From Mantamonas sphyraenae STR306 (lineage: Eukaryota > Protista > CRuMs), in the NCBI GenBank assembly GCA_026936335.1, contig JAPMXV010000051.1:62001-126000 (forward strand): DNA of 64,000 nt. Reading direction: 5' to 3'. Every line of letters starts with the position of its first letter. The stretch's first letter is position 1. Both the position numbers and the translations under genes were made by a program. Positions 1 through 13,933 of this stretch are shown piece after piece. The notes beneath the pieces are model-generated. The model was not told the origin of the DNA, searched no databases, and saw nothing but the letters and a program-made list of their open reading frames with translations.

Positions 1-3000
1 CCAAACGCCCTCCTCTACCGCTCCTGCCGCATGGGCGCAAACGCAAACCTCAACTACTCTGTCGACCTCCCCAACGGCGACTACCGCGTCACCCTCCACA
101 TGGCCGAGCTCAAGCACACCACCACAGGCCGCCGTGTCTTTGGCGTACGCTGCAACCGCCGCCAGGTCTTCACCGGCCTCGACCCCTACGCCATCAAGGC
201 CATGAACGCCTTTGATCTCACCTTTTACGCAACCGTCACCGACGGCACCCTCGACCTCGAGTTTGTCAAGCAGTCCGACATGCCCATGATCAACGGCTTT
301 GTCATCCACAACTGCAGCACCTCGGGCGAGCACGAGCCCCTCAACCTCCAGCCGGCCACCCTGTCCACAGGCAACTTCTTCACCAACGGTTCCTACCTCT
401 GCGTCAAGCTCAGCATGTACATGGACACCTTTGACATCTTCAACAAGACCAAGGTCCGCAACGACATGTGCCTCACCTTTGACCTCGAGGACGGCGGCCT
501 CCGCTGGCTGGAGCTCCTCGGCGACGACGCAACAGGCGCCATGCAGCCCGTCACCTACGACGCAGTCAACAACTGCGGCTGGGTCTACAACGTCGAGACC
601 ATTGTCAAGCGCGTCAACGAAGGCAACGTCCTGCCCCTCGAGATGTACGGCAACCTGCCCGCAGACCAGGTCGTCACCGCAGAGGACATGGAGGACCTCG
701 CCACGCGTCTCCTCATGCCCTCGTCTCACGTTGCCAAGCAGCGCGACATCGACGCCCTCTTTGACGCCGACGAAAGCGACTCGGACGACGAGGCAGAGGC
801 CTTCACCGCTGCCCCGCTCCAGGGCACAGAGTTTGCCATTCGCCTCCTGGCAAACCTCGACCGCCTCTCGCGCGCGCACGCTCACTCCAACCGCGACGCA
901 CGCGTCGAGCGCGCCCTTTCAAGAGATGGACGGCCAGAGCAAGTCCACAGGCGCCCCCAAGCGCCTCGGCCTCATCTACGAGGTCGACCAGGCCTCGTTT
1001 GCCACCCTCATGTCCATCCTCACCGCCCAGATTGACGCCTTTTACTCCAGCGATCCCGTCGCCGACCAGGACGCCGCCGACCGCAGGTCCCTCGACCTGT
1101 ACGCCGTCCTCGCCGCCCTGCGCCTGCTCAAGATCAACCTGCAGTTCCTCATGCTCAGCAAGACTCCGGCCTACGAGGTCGGCCTTGGCGTCGCTGCAAA
1201 GGGCCAGGGCTCCCTCAAGGGCAAGAAGCGCAAGCTTGCAAACCGCAAGGCCAACGAGCTGCGCCAGGCTGCCCTCGACCTCATGCTGCGCATCGTCAAC
1301 GACGAGCCCGCCATGTACCAGGGAGGCGACCTCGCACAGGCCCTGCACGCTCGTTTTGTGCCTCTCATCCAAACAGAGGCAAGTGTCGTCCTCACTGCAG
1401 GTCTCGACATCTTTTACCCCAACGCCGTCGACCAGGCCACCCTGCTCTCTTCGTACCTCAAGGAGCGCGAGGCCGACCCGGCTGCCTTTGCCAAGGTCAA
1501 GAGCAACTTCCTCGAGGACCTCCTCACCAAGTTCAGCTCCTACAGCACCGTGAGTGGCCTCCTGCAAAACAGCACCGATGGCGCTTCCTCCTCTCTCGCC
1601 CCCGCCGGCGAAAGCACATCCGCTTCCTCCTCGTCCTCCTCGTCCTCCTCGTCCTCCAGCGACGCAGACGACGCAGCCACCTCTGCCGCGTCCACCAGCA
1701 ACGAGGGCATCATGGACACCGTCTCCACCCTCATGGCGGTCGTCCTCCGCGAGACCAACGAGTTTATCCAGGACAACCTGGCCTCGGAGGAACACTACGC
1801 CACCGACTCGTTCTCGCCGCCCGCAACTTCCAAGGCCCTGGCCGTGCTCCTGGCCATCCAGAAGCAGCTCGTGCACAGCGCAGAGATCCCGCCTTCCCTC
1901 GAAGAGCAGGCCGCCAAGGACGAGGACGTGCAGGTCGAGTGCTCAGACTCCCTCGCTCTCCTCATCGCCTACACAAAGAAGGTGTTTGGCCACAGCAAGG
2001 AGATGCTCGAGCGTGTCCTTGAGCTCTCGGCTCTCGCCCAGAAGGACAACAAGTGGACCAACCTGTTCCACCCGCACCTCACCGAGTTCCTGGCCTCTTC
2101 GTTTGTCGGCACCCTCATGCCCACTCTCGTCACCTCGCTCTGCATGTTCACCAAGCAGATCCCCTTTGCCCAGGCCATGGTCGACGACGTCGCCCCTGTC
2201 CTCGCCCTCCTCGACAAGATCAACTCTCAGCTGCCCGAGGTTCTCAAGAACGCAAGCTTTGCCGAGCACACCGTCGAGGAAGACAAGTACGGCCAGGACG
2301 AGGCCGTCTCTCACCTCTCTGTCCTCTTTGCTCCCGAGGAGTTCCTTGCCGAGTCCAACGTCGACGAGGCCCAGACGGTCAGCATCCCCTACGCCTCCAA
2401 GCTGCTCCTCAGCTTTGTAGTCCCCACACCTGAGATCGAGGAAGAGGAGGAGAAGAAGGAAGGCGAGGAGAAGAAGGACGGCGAGGAGAAGAAGGAAGGC
2501 GAGGACACGCCCGCCGAGGACGCGTCTGCTTCCACCACCACCACCACCACCTCCTCCTCCTCGGAGGAGTCTGCAGAGACCACCACCACCACCTCTGACG
2601 ACGTTGCGACTGACGACGCCGCTGCCACCGAAGGCGAGGAGGATGAGGAGGAGGACGAGGAGGAAGAGTGGGACGAGAACGCATCGCTGTTCCTTCAGCT
2701 GCATCGTGGCGTGACCGCTGACCAGCCGCTCGCCGCACGCAAGTACGTCAAGAGCACCATGCACGAAAAGATCCCGTCGGTCGTGGAAATCGACGGTGAC
2801 AGCGTCACCCTGCAGTGGCTTGTCAAGGAACGCCCCACAGGCCCGCGCAAGAAGCCCACCAAGCCCATCAAGGTGCTTGTGCGCCCCAAGGAGCTCATGC
2901 ACGAGCGTCTCATTAGCCGCCTCTCCCAGCTCGAGGTCACCCTCGCCTGGCTCGGCTCCTGGTCCGCCTCCACCCTCATGAACGGCGTCCCGGCAAGCGC

Positions 3001-6000
3001 CGAGGAGGATGAGTTGCGCCCGCTCCTCGTCTCCCAGCTCATTTCCGGCGGCTTTGAGGACGAAGAGGTCCTGCCCGCAGGTGTCAAGGAAGGCACCCCG
3101 CGCCCGCTCCTCCTCGCACGCACCCAGAGCGTCGTCTCTGAGGTCGACGTCTTTATTGAGGACTTTGAGAGCAACGACGACAACCCGCTCTACAAGTACC
3201 TCATGAAGAAGCACCCGTTTGCCCCTGCCGACAGGCGCATCCTCAAGAGCAGCAGCGAGGTCCAGCATTGCGTCCGCATCGTCACAGGTACCATCATCAA
3301 GCAAAGCGCTCTCACACACTCCGTCATGGCCTTTACCCAGGCCATCGACACCATGGACCCGCCCCAGGCCCTCATTGACATCTGGACCGCCGCAAAGAGC
3401 CTCGTCGCATGGATGCAGCAGAAGCGCCAGGCACTCGCCAAGGCCAAGGCCGAGAAGGAAAAGTCCGACCAGGAGCGTGAAGCCGAAATGGGCAACATCC
3501 TCGGCACCAACGCAGCCGTCGTCGAAGACACTGGCGACAAGAAGGACGGCGTCATCTCCTACGAGGAGATTGCCGAAGAGGTCTCCAACAAGGCTCGCTT
3601 CCTTCTCCGCTTCGCTCCGCCCCAAAACACCCCTGCGGCCCTCATCCAGACCCAGTCCCTGCGCAGGCAGCTCAGCGACGCCGCCAAGCAGCCCTCCGCA
3701 GACGAGGACGGCGAGGGCAGCAGCGCAGGCGCCTCCGCAAGCTCCGGCACAGGCGGTGGCTCCAAGTGGAACGTCCTGCGCAAGGCCGTCAACGCAGCCA
3801 GCAACCTCAAGGCCCTCCTCGACCTGCGCTACTCCATGGAACAAGAGAGCGCCCTCACCGCAGAGGACCCCATCAGCAAGCTCGTCGTCGACTTTGTCGA
3901 GAGCAGCGTCAACCTCGATCGCGTCACTCACTACATCGGCGTCCACAAGCGCCGCGCAGAAATGCGCCTCGTCGGCATGCAGGCCATGCCCAAGCTCCTC
4001 GAGGCCTGCAGCACTGTCACCGAGCCCCTCTCCAGGTACCACAGTGCCACGCCGTCCACCGTCGCCCGCTCTCAGGTCCTCTATTCGCTCAAGAGCGCCA
4101 TGGTCAAGGAACCCGTCACCAACGACGAGAAGGACAGCGGCGAGAAGGACGAGGTCCAGCTGCCCGAGCTCCTGCACTACACCTCGGGCGTCGAGGCCTG
4201 TGGCTCCAAGCTCACCTTCCGCATCACCACCTGCTACCAGGGCCTGTTTGGCACCCTCTGCAACCAGCTGCAGAACGCCCCCGATGACATCTACCGACGC
4301 GTCGCACAGGCCTCTCTGCTCATTCTCGCCCTCAACGGCGTCCTCATCGACTACCGCAACCAAGACTTCAAGGCTGCCGTCGAGCTCAACCTGCCCGAGG
4401 CCGTGCGTCGCTACCTCACCTTTGGCCCCTGGAGCGACGCCGCCATGCGCCACCTTGCACGCGACAAGGAAATCGCAGCCAAGATGCTCGAGATGGACAC
4501 CATGGACGACATGCGCAACCAGTTCACCAAGGAAGTCATGACGCGCAAAAAGGTGCGCGACATGGCCTTCTCCGTCTACAAGCTCCTCGCACTCCAGTCC
4601 CTGCGTCCCATTCCGGGCTACGTCGACGAGGAGACGCGCGACTACAGCGAAAAGATCCGCCGCCAGCTGTTTGACCTCCTCCTTGACGAGGTCGAGCAAG
4701 TCCAGCAGCAGGTCGAGTCCCAGGACACTGCCGCCTTTGTCGCCCTGCCCGACACCAGCAACGCAGAGTGCCTCGTCGGCAACCAGGTCGACATGACCGA
4801 ATCCTCGGGCACCAAGGGCCTCGTCGTGCCCCACCTGCCCAAGCTCGGCGTCACCTTTACCCTCTCCACCTGGTTGTTCATGAAGGACACAGACTCGACC
4901 ACAAACTACCTCTTCAGCAACGGCCACGACGTCGACAACTCCCAGCTCATGGACGCTTACATCCACGGCGACACCCAGTGCGTCCACTTCCGCGTCCAGG
5001 ACATGAGCGTCGTTTCCAAGGACAAGGTGCCCACCGACAAGTGGTGCCACCTCGCCTTTACCCGCAGCACCGAGGGTGCTCTCGCCGTCTACATTGACGG
5101 CGTGCGCTCGGGTTTCAAGGAGCGCAGCGAGGAGACCCTGTTTGAGGGCACCGACGAACCCGAGGACACCCCGGCCCCGGCCCAAACAACCACCCCGCAG
5201 ACCGTCACCCCGCAACCGAACTACCCCATGGACGATTACGACGAGGAGGAAGACTTTGATCTCTTTGACGACGACGAATCGTACGACTCTGAGGATGACT
5301 ACATTCGCTCGTCGACCCGGAGCCAACCAGTGACGCAGGCTGCGGTGGTGCCCGTCGCCGAGACCACCACGCCCCTGCGCACCATACTGGCAAGCGACGT
5401 CGCAGAAGGTGACGTCTCTGTCAAGCCGCTGGAAAACAACCACCCGCTGTACATCGGCTCGTGCGACACCTCGTCTCGCGGCCATGTTGGCGTCAACGGC
5501 TTCCTTTGCTCCATGTACGTGCACTTTGAGCGCGCCCTCGAGGCCGAGCAGCTCAAGGCCATCGCAGACCTGGAGGCGCCGCCTGTCCCGTCCAGCGAGT
5601 TTAACAACCTCGCCAGCAAGCATCTGGAAAAGATCCTGGGAATCCTCTACGAATACCTGAACTTCAAGCCTGGCCGCAGGCTGCTCGGCGAGGAGCGCAC
5701 CGTGAAGCTGCTCTTGCCCATGCTCCTGGATCGCTTCGACCAGATTTCCGTCTTGGGCAAGCAGTCGCTGGACTCCTTTGTCGTCGTGGGCATTTGCAAC
5801 CGCCTGTTGGCCGACATTGATCCCGAGCTGCTGCAAAATGTGTACGACAGCACCCCGTTTGCCAAGGAACCCGGCATGGAGACATTCATCCAGTTCCTCG
5901 TCCTCAAGACGGGTCAGGCCCTGTGCGACCCTGTGTACGACGCCAACGACGGCTCTGCCGACGCCGTGGCTATCGAGGGCCACGCCACCGCACGCGCTCC

Positions 6001-9000
6001 GTCCAAGACCGTGCTTGCACGCGCCTCGGAAATGGTCATGCTGCTGCGCGTGCTCGGCGCCTCTGAGCAGTGGAAGGCGCAAGTGCAGGAGCTGGTCAAC
6101 ACACACCTGCTGCACCTGCCCGCGCTCGTCAGCAGCCTGCTGCAGGGCCAGGAGCTGCCCCTCAGCAAGCACGAGGTGTGGAAGACCATGACCTCACTCG
6201 GTGTCGTGGGTGGTCACTGCGACTTTCCGCGTGTCGGCGCACGTGTGCGCGTGCCTTGGGCCGCCGCCGTCGACGGCGACAAGCAAACGCTGCTCAAGCA
6301 GCGCAAGTTTAGGCAGGACGGCACCATCGTCAGCCTGGACGGCGCGTACGCAACCGTGGTCATGGACACCGATGCGCTGAAGCACGTCTCGCAGCCGGGC
6401 GTCATCATCACGCGCATTATGTGCTACACCTCCTCGCTGGTGGCCATCACCGACGGAACCACGGCTGATACCCTGCGCATTGTCATCACCGAAGAGCTCA
6501 TCCCGTCCTTCCGCTGCCTGTTGGAGGAGCCCAAGGTGCAGACGGTGCCCCTGCTGTACGCCCTTGTGCGCTCGCAGGGCATCCGCGCCCTCACCAAGCT
6601 TCTCGAGCAAGAGGAGAACATCAGTGCCTTTGTCAAGCACGACCTTCTCGGCCTGCTGGTCAAGATCGCCCAGGAGCCCACCAAGCTCAGCGTGTTTGGC
6701 GAGCGCGAGGCCCTCGAGGACAAGCTGTACCGCCTGGACTCGCTTGTGTACAACGTGCAGCCCGCCGACGCAATCGTTGTCCTCGACCGCGAACACGCCA
6801 AGGAGCTCACCGACAGCAGCGACAGCCGCAAGGCCACAACCAAGACCATTGAGCTCGACTACCGCGCGTTCAGCACGAGCACAGGCCCCAAGGAGCTTGT
6901 TGTCGTGCAGAACAACACCGAGTTCCCGCTCAACGCCATGTGTACGTTTGCCAAGAGCCTCGCCAACGTCGAGGAGCAGCACTCGTACATGTGCCAGACC
7001 TGCGGCATCGCTTCCTGCTGCTCCAGCTGCGTCAAGATCTGCCACGTCGGCTGCAACATCCAGTACACGGGCGTGCAGGCCATGTACTGCGGCTGTGGCC
7101 AGGGCACGTGTGCAACCGCACGCGACAAGTGCTACGCCATGGAGTACGACTACATGGAGATCAAGGTCAACAAGCTCGGCGAAGAGGGCAAGGGCGCACT
7201 CATGGTCGGCCTCGCCGCACAGATGCACCCGGAGGACTTGGAGAAGGAAGCCGAAAAGGCTGCGGCCAAGGAAGCCATGGATGCCGCAGCGGCCGCCGGC
7301 GGCGAGGACGAGCTGTTTGAGGCGCCGTCCTTCCTGGAGGACGACGACGACCGCCTGGCGTTCATGGTGCAGTCCGACGGACGCGTGCGCGACACCACCA
7401 AGGACACCAGCGAGTGGAGCGTGTCCTACGTCACCTCGCCCATGACCGACGAACAGCGCCTGCAATCGCTGCCCAGCTTTGCCGAGGGCGACGTGATCGG
7501 CATCGGTCGCAACTACGAGGGCACCGACATCTTCTTCACCAAGAACGGCAAGTTCCTCGGCTCGCCGTACGACTCGCCCCAGGGAGAGCTGTTCCCCACC
7601 ATTTGGTGCTACGGCGACCAGCCCGCCGACGGCGTGGAGTGGATCGTGGACCCGGCCAAGTTTATGTTTGACACCACGGCCGAGCTGCCCGAGGTCGAGC
7701 GCGCCACAGACATCATCAGCACGGGTGCCGAATTCTCGGGACTCATCCACCTGCCCGTCGAGTTTGGCGGCATTTCGCAGTTTATGCTGACCGTCGACCG
7801 CCGCGCCAAGAAGGAGGTCGAGGCGTACATCGAGATCCCCTCGATGAACGTGCGCAACAAGGTCACAGGCAGGGTGAGCGGCCTCAACAGCGTCACCTTC
7901 CTGGAGAGCATCTTTTCCACGAGCAAGGAGGGCTGGAGCGGACCCAACAACTACAAGGCCCTCGTGGACGGCGACCGCATCATCGGCAAGTGCGTGGACA
8001 AGGAAAACTGCCACTTTGAGATGGGTCTGCGCGAAGGCGAGATGGCCATCGAACTGCAGGATGGCGGCTATCTGGATCTGGCCGTGCCCAGCATGAACCT
8101 GGAGGGCAAGGTGACCATGGAGGCCTGGGTGCGCTTGCCCAAGGCCAACGGCGTGCCGAAGAACACTCAGTACATCTTGTCGCACATCAACGGCACCGAG
8201 ACGCAGATGTTCCTGCGTGTGGCCGACGGTCAGTACCAGGCCGGCAGCATCTCCAGCGAGAACGAGCTGGACGAGGCCAGCGTCGCCCACATCACCATCC
8301 CGGACTCCGATCTGGGCAAGTGGGTGCACTTGTGCGCCACGTTTGACGAACTCAAGTGGACTCTGTACCGCAACGGCAAGGAGACACACACGGCAGGTGC
8401 GCTCATGAACCCGGCCGGCGTGGCTCGCAACGACGGTAAGTGCCACCTCACCGTGGGCACTTGGGTCAAGAACCGCAAGAGTGGAAGCGGCGAGGGCGAA
8501 GGCAGCAGCATCGAAGGCGCGGAAGGCAACTTTGTGGGCGCGGTGGAGGAGGTGCGCATCTGGGCCGGCGCCAACGACGCCGAATGGGTGACCAACAACT
8601 GGAACGGGTACATGTCTGGCAGCGAGCAAGACCTGCAAGTGCTGTGGCAGTTTGCATGCCCTGTGGGCGACATTGTGTTTGACGGCAGCTCGCTGAAGAA
8701 CAACGGCCGCCGCAAGGGCCCCATGGCGTTTGTCAAGTCGACAGTGAAGCGCGCTGGCGGCGGATGGAGCTTCAAGTGGGACCCGGAAAAGTCGCACCAG
8801 GACCTGACGCTGAGCAACGGCAACATGTCGGCCACAAACACGCAGGCGTACTGCTGGCGCACAACCATGTCTGACAAGCCGATGCGCAGCGGCACGTACA
8901 AGTGGGAGATCTCGCTGGACAAGCTCAACTCGAGCCCCAACATCATGATTGGCGTGGCTGAGGAGGACTACAAGGGCGAGCTGTCCAACTACGTGGGCGG

Positions 9001-12000
9001 TTCGTACTCGCGCATGGGCTGGTCCTACTACGGTTGCTCCTACTCGTATGCCTACCACCGCGGCAGCAGCAAGACGTACGGCAAGCCGCTGAAGGAAGGC
9101 GACAAGGTCACTGTGGAGCTCAACATGGACAAGGGCACGCTCAAGTTCTGGGTCAACAACGAGGACCTGGGCTACGCCTACGAGGACATCAAGAGCAAGG
9201 AGCTGTACGCGGCCGTGTCGCTGTACATGAACGAGGACACCGTGTCTTGCCGTTCCCTGAGCGGCGGCGGAGGCGGAGGCGGAGGCGGCAACGCGGGCGT
9301 GGTCACGTATGCACGCCGCCTCGAAGACAGCGTGGAAGCACTTACCAACCTGGGATACCCCAAGGAGGCGTGCCAGACCGCACTGGAGCAGACCGGACGT
9401 CCCAACAAGGACAGCGCCAAGGAGCTGGACCTGGACGTTGTGCGTGCCGCCGAGTGGCTGTTCAACCACCCGGAGCTGAGCCTGAGCCCCGAAGAACTGG
9501 CCGCGCGTGCCAAGGGCAAGGGCAAGGGCAAGGCAAAGGCAAACAACGACGACGACGAGGTGGAAGAGGTGCCTGTGCCGGACGATGAGGATGGCGACGA
9601 GGCCGGTGCGTCGTCGTCGTCGTCGTCGGACGTTGCGCTGATGGACGACGACGAGGTGGAGGAGTACGAGCTGCCGCAGAGCGACGATGGCGGAGCGTAC
9701 GAGGTGCTGGACAACGCAGAGGAGGCGACTGTGACGCGCCAGGCTCAGGTGAACGCCATGTCCACGGCGGTGGTTGTGGGCGGACCGGAGTGGCGCTTTG
9801 TGCTGAGCACGCAGTACGGTCACGTGCACGAGAGCATGTGCATTCTCAACGCACGTCGCGCGTACCTGTCGCTGTTGCAGCACTGGCCTGCGGACGAGCA
9901 GCTGGACGTGGAGCGCATGGGTGGCGCGAGCGTGGTGGACAACATCATTCGCCTGCTCGGTAGCAAGCAGGCGTCGAGGATGCCGCTGAAGCACGACGAC
10001 ACGGCAGCTGACGAGGGCCTGACGGACGCGGGACCGGATCCGGAGAAGCGCCCGCTGGACGTGCTCAAGCAGGCCATGGTGCAGGTGCTGTCCAAGGAGG
10101 TGGAGGAAGGCACCACCGAGGCGCCCAAGTCGCTGTCGCGCCTGCTGAACGTGCAGGCGTTGAGCCAGATTGTGGGCAGCGTGGTTGCCGAGCTGCACCA
10201 TCGCGATTCGCCCGAGGAGGTGGCGCGCAAGCTTGCGTCTGGAGACAAGAAGAAGGACGAGGTGCACTTGCTGAAGAGCGACCGCGAGGCGATGACCAAG
10301 TCGAACGCAGAGCTGGCATGCTGGCTGACCGAGCTGGTGATTGAAAGCGACGTGCTGAGTGCCAACGACACGCACCGTCTGCTCACGTGCCTGTTTGCAT
10401 TCCTGCAGGTTGCCAAGGGCGAGATTGCCGCGCGCCTGATGAAGATCATCTACAACGTGCTGCACCGCACGCACAACAAGATCGACATGGGTCCGCTGCG
10501 CTCGCTGACCAAGACCATGGTCACGCTGCACGCAGCCATGGACAAGGACAAGCGCCCGGGCGCCACGCTGCAGAGCGTGCTCGAGGTGCTCCTTGCCGCA
10601 CGCAAGTACCGCGAGCGTGTGGGCATCGAAGACGACTTTTTGGTGCTGCCCGACCCGCTGGCCCGCAAGGCCAAGCGCGAGGAGGAGGAGAAGGAAAAGA
10701 AGGAAGCCGAGGGCGACGAGGGAGACAAGGGCAAGGGCAAGAGCTCGAGTGGCAACGAAGGCAGCTCGTCGAGCAGCAGCAGCAGCAGCAGCAGCAGCGG
10801 CGCAAGCGGCGAGAAGAAGGACAAGAAGGAGGAGGAGGTGAGCCCCGAGGAGGAGCAGGCGGCCAAGAACAAGGCTGCCATCGAGTGGTTCAACGAGTTT
10901 GCCGACACGAGTGTAGTGCTTGACGAGCTGGCAAACGGCGAGGAGCTGCCGGAGATCTTTATGGCGCGCTCGCTGGTGAAGATCCGGGGCGCCAAGGACA
11001 AGGTGGAGGTGGCCAGCGACCACCCGTATGCCAAGCGCACCAAGATGAAGCCTGTGAGCGTGCAGTACGCGACCGCCGTGAATGTGGTGATGGACAAGAA
11101 GACGCGCATGCTGCCGGGTGAGTTTATGAGCTTCACAAGCGACCCCGAGGGCGAGAACGTGCTGGCGGTGTACAAGAACTGGGAGGACAAGAAGGAGAAG
11201 AAGGAGGACGGCGAAGAGGAGGAGGAGGAGGCCGAGGTCAAGTTCAAGTTCCCTGTGGGCAAGTTCTACGTGTTCTTCCCGGTCAAGCCGTCGTTCCTGT
11301 GGGACTCGTCGATGATTCACTCGCAGCTCACGCTGAGCAGCGACAAGATGACGGTGACGTCGGGCGGCTCGTGGAGCGACTACCGCACCGTGCTTGCCGA
11401 CAGGCCCGTGAGCAACCGCGGACGCACGTCGTTTGACATTGTGATCAACAAGATGGCCAGCTGCAACATGGCCATCGGTATTGCGCCGAGCACGCAGAGT
11501 GTGAGCAGCGGCTACGTGGGCGACTACTCGTCGACAGGCTACTGCTTCTATGCGAGCGGCTACCGCTACCAGCGCGGCAACTCGTACTCGTACGGCAAGC
11601 GCCTGCAGGCGGGTGACACAGTGACGGTGACGGTGGACATGGACACGCAGGAGCTGCACTTTGCCATCAACGGCAAGGAGCAGGGCAAGGCGTTTGGCAG
11701 CCTGCCGCAGACGACGGACTTTTATCCCGCGGTGTCTCTGTACGACGTGGGCGACGAGATCACGCTGCAGGGCATTGGCGGCAAGGAGAGCATTGTCAAG
11801 ACGCGTGGCAACAGCAACCGCTGGGGCTACGGCTTCACGGTGATCCCGACGGACTTTAGCGACGAAGGGGCCAAGGACCTGATTGCCAAGCACGGCGACG
11901 AGTTCCGTGCGTTCCTGGAGCAGCAGGGCCGCTGGACACTGCAGATGGACCAGCAGCTGATGGAGTGTGTGTCGCAGTGGTGCAAGAAGCACGACAAGCT

Positions 12001-13451
12001 GCCGATGGAGGTGGAGAGCGAAGAGTTTGAGCCGACGCCGCCGGAGCTGTTGCCGTACCGTGCGATCCGCGAAAACGTGGAGCTGGAGGAGATGCAGCAG
12101 CGTCTGATTGTGCTGCAGGCGTTCAACAAGCGCATGCCCAACTTTTTGACGTGCGTGGACTTTGCCAAGATGTACGAGAAGAACTCGCTTGCGGCAAGCG
12201 TGGCGAGCGTGCGTGGTCTCATCCTGAGCGACGTGAAGGCGTCGATCTGGCTGGAGGCTGTGAAGAAGACGCAAACGAACCTGGGCGAGGCACGCATCAC
12301 GATCAACCGTCACCGTGCGGCGAAGCTGATTGGCACGTCGCCGTCGGACGAGAACCTGGAGAAGTGTGTTTGGGCAGATCTGCTCAGGCATCAACCATCT
12401 GCCGCCTAAGCAGCTGCGCATCGACCCGAGCAAGAAGGCATGGCACGTGGACTTTGACGGCGAGAGTTCCATCGATGTGGGTGGCCCTTACCGTGAGAGT
12501 TTCTCGCAGATGATCAACGAGCTGCAGAGCACGCACCTGAACCTGCTGATCAAGGTGCCCAACGGCAAGTACAACGTGGGCCTGAACCGTGACAAGTTCA
12601 TCCCGAACTGCTCGCTGGTGAGCGAGACGCACATGGCGTACTTCTCGTTCTTTGGCAAGCTGCTGGGCATTGCGCTGCGCACGAGCATGACGTTGGAGCT
12701 GAACCTGCCGTCGCTGTTCTGGAAGCAGCTTGTCGAGTTCCCTGTGAACGTGAGCGATCTGGAGGCCATCGATCAGATGTGCGTGCAGTGCAACGTGTCG
12801 CTTGTGGACATTGACAAGAAGGGCGTGAGCGCAGATGTGTTTGAGGACGTGATCGAGGAGACGTTTGTGACGGTGGACTCGAGCGGCCACGAGGTGGAGC
12901 TGGTGGAGAATGGCAAGGAGAAGGCGGTGACGTTTGACAACAGGCACGAGTACGTGCAGATGATCACGGACTACAGGTTGCAAGAGTTTTCCGGACAGAT
13001 GAAGGCAATCCGCCTGGGTCTGGCGACGATTGTGCCTGCGCGTCTGCTGAACCTGTTCACGTGGAGCGAGCTGCAGGAGCGCGTGTGTGGTGTGCCGGAC
13101 GTGGACCTCGTGCTGCTGCGCAAGGTGACGCAGTACAGCGGCTACAAGCCGGACAGTCAGACGGCCCAGTTCTTCTGGCAGTGCATGGAGAGCTACACGC
13201 CCGAGGAACGTCAGGATTTCCTGCGTTTCGTGTGGGGCCGTTCGCGCATGCCGCTGACGGTGGAGGAGATGAACCAGCAGCAGAACCCGCGCTTCATCCT
13301 GTCGACGGCTGTGCGCAACTCGAACCAGGCTCTGCCGGAGAGCCACACGTGCTTCTTCCAGCTGGATCTGCCGAGCTACAGCACGTACGAGATCATGCGC
13401 GAGCGTCTGCTGTACGCGTTTACCAACTGCCGTGCCATCGACAACGATTAA
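1..13451 (+). CDS. Giant HECT E3 ubiquitin ligase (>4400 aa, 5'-partial): malectin-like, LamG x2, SPRY x3, UBR-type Zn finger, UBA, HECT
   Basis: Three ORFs (31-1035, 299-12409, 12330-13451) join through frame changes at ~918 and ~12370; the frame is open from base 1. Malectin-like N-terminus (LYRSCR..DYRVTLHMAE..GRRVFGV); LamG (FTLSTWL..WCHLAFT; VTMEAWVR..WVHLCATFD); UBR-like Cys/His cluster ~6940-7130; SPRY (GDKVTVELNMDKGTLKFWVN); UBA (LTNLGYPKEACQTAL); HECT (FDGESSIDVGGPYRE..LPESHTCFFQLDLPSY, catalytic Cys present). Confidence 0.92.
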
Positions 13452-13933
13452 GGAGTCGTGGCGGCGGCGGTGGGCGGTGGAGGCGTGGAGGCGTGGTGAT
13501 GGAACGGCGCGAGGAGAGGCAAGAATGCCTCGCAAAAGGATGTGCAAGCGCAGGGTGGAATGCGATGCGAGTCTGTGAGTGGCACGTTGGTGTACTATCC
13601 GGCACAGCGTCCAAGGAGAATGCGGAGACGAACACAGTTGTGGTTTGCTGTGATCTGATCCACTCCTTGGGAAGGCAGCCGATGCACCAATGTCACCGGG
13701 CCAGCACGTTGTTCGACGTCTGTTGTGCACACCCAGTGCTACGTGCCTGGGTGCGTGTGCGCAAAGGGACCCCTGTGGAGCACGAACTGCGAGGGAGTGA
13801 TGGAAGCGGAGCCATGCAAGAAATGAAAGATGGACATGCAGCCTCGAGGGTCACATTGGATTGGTGAGGGTGGTTGGGGGGCTGTGGACCGGGATGCGAC
13901 GGCCGCAGCACCCAAACCCAAAACACGCAAACA

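Noticed and set aside
803-13730. Very long minus-strand ORFs (803-1876, 1943-6172, 6194-12472, 12384-13730), and similar ones at 31300-33027 and 35509-38808
   Set aside because: Antisense shadows of GC3-rich real genes; no motifs and typical shadow composition.
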